A DNA stretch of 64,000 nucleotides from positions 29,078,001-29,142,000 of the forward strand of contig NC_042997.1 of assembly GCF_006345805.1 (NCBI RefSeq), in the 5' to 3' direction. The translations under genes were made by a program, and so were the position numbers. Positions within the stretch are counted from its first letter, which is position 1. Every line of letters begins with the position of its first letter. This DNA comes from Octopus sinensis (Eukaryota). Of this stretch, positions 63,263 through 64,000 are shown one piece after another. A model generated the notes under the pieces. That model made no database searches. It was not told where the DNA came from and saw only the letters and a list, made by a program, of their open reading frames with translations.

Positions 63263-64000
63263 TATAAAAGGGCTTAGTAAAATAATTACTTTACCGCATA
63301 CTGAACTCATTAGAAATAGCAGCTAAAAAAAACATTTATAAAACTATTTCTAATACTTAAAGAAAACCTCTCTCATATAGTGTTTGCTCAGTTCAACTCA
63401 CGGAAGTATGGGGGGTAGAGACATTAAAAAATCAGATGCAAAGGTTATTTGAGAACGTACGTTTCAAGATTAGTCCAAACTCGACATTTCTATCATCAGC
63501 TCAGAACTCCCTGGTTTGGATTTGAAAACACTGAAAGTGGGAGCATACTCCTTCGGCCTCCTATCGCTTTTGAAGATCCGCTCGTAACTAACAGTGCCAA
63601 CAAACCCAAATATGCAAGCGAAGAATTTCTGCTCTCCCCTTTCCACCAGCGTGGGTTAAAATCAGCAAACACTATGCTTTTTTCGGTAAAATCCGAGGCA
63701 TTTAAATAGAGAGAGATGAATTATAATTTCAACAATTGAGGGTAAAATTAATTAATTAATCAATTTCACCAAGTGTTCAGTATGCAAAGGGACCATTTAA
63801 GGCGAATTCAAATTATTACATTATATAAAAGGGCTTAGTAAAATAAATTACTTTACCGCATACTGAACTCATTAGAAATAGCAGCTAAAAAAAACATTTA
63901 TAAAACTATTTCTAATACTTAAAGAAAACCTCTCTCATATAGTGTTTGCTCAATTCAACTCACGGAAGTATGGGGGGTAGAGACATTAAAAAATCAGATG
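63263..64000. mobile_element. Second, diverged subfamily of the 565-bp pLTR, in tandem (561-bp period)
   Basis: GGCTTAGTA at 63271 and 63832. Homologous throughout to 58651-59500. Starts at (TA)n and runs off the window. Confidence 0.88.

Overview
AT-rich, microsatellite-dense eukaryotic genomic DNA. The SINE families and repeat landscape look like a coleoid cephalopod (Octopus); this is my inference and was not database-checked. Most of the window is a graveyard of mobile elements: Tx1/L1-like, Hero-like and R4/Dong-like non-LTR elements, RTE and CR1-like LINEs, several Penelope-like (PLE) fragments and fold-back pseudo-LTRs, a decayed Ty3/gypsy element, Tc1/mariner-superfamily and piggyBac-like remnants, non-autonomous Helitron-like elements, and three tRNA-derived SINE families in many copies. 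No intact transposon ORF is present, and almost all listed ORFs are microsatellite or antisense artefacts. By hand I found phase-compatible minus-strand exons (61318 to about 41109) that splice into a signal-peptide-bearing, LRR-like protein; this model is tentative. The most interesting structures are: (i) co-oriented clusters of R4/Dong fragments plus a ~510-bp non-coding element, all embedded in (AAT)n; (ii) a ~620-bp-armed near-perfect PLE palindrome and smaller PLE fold-backs, nearly all bounded by (TA)n; (iii) a minimal hammerhead-like motif with a variant core at 26301-26350; (iv) a ~50-nt mini-retroposon inserted three times with the same 5' breakpoint; (v) a Hero-like element with an inverted 5' part.
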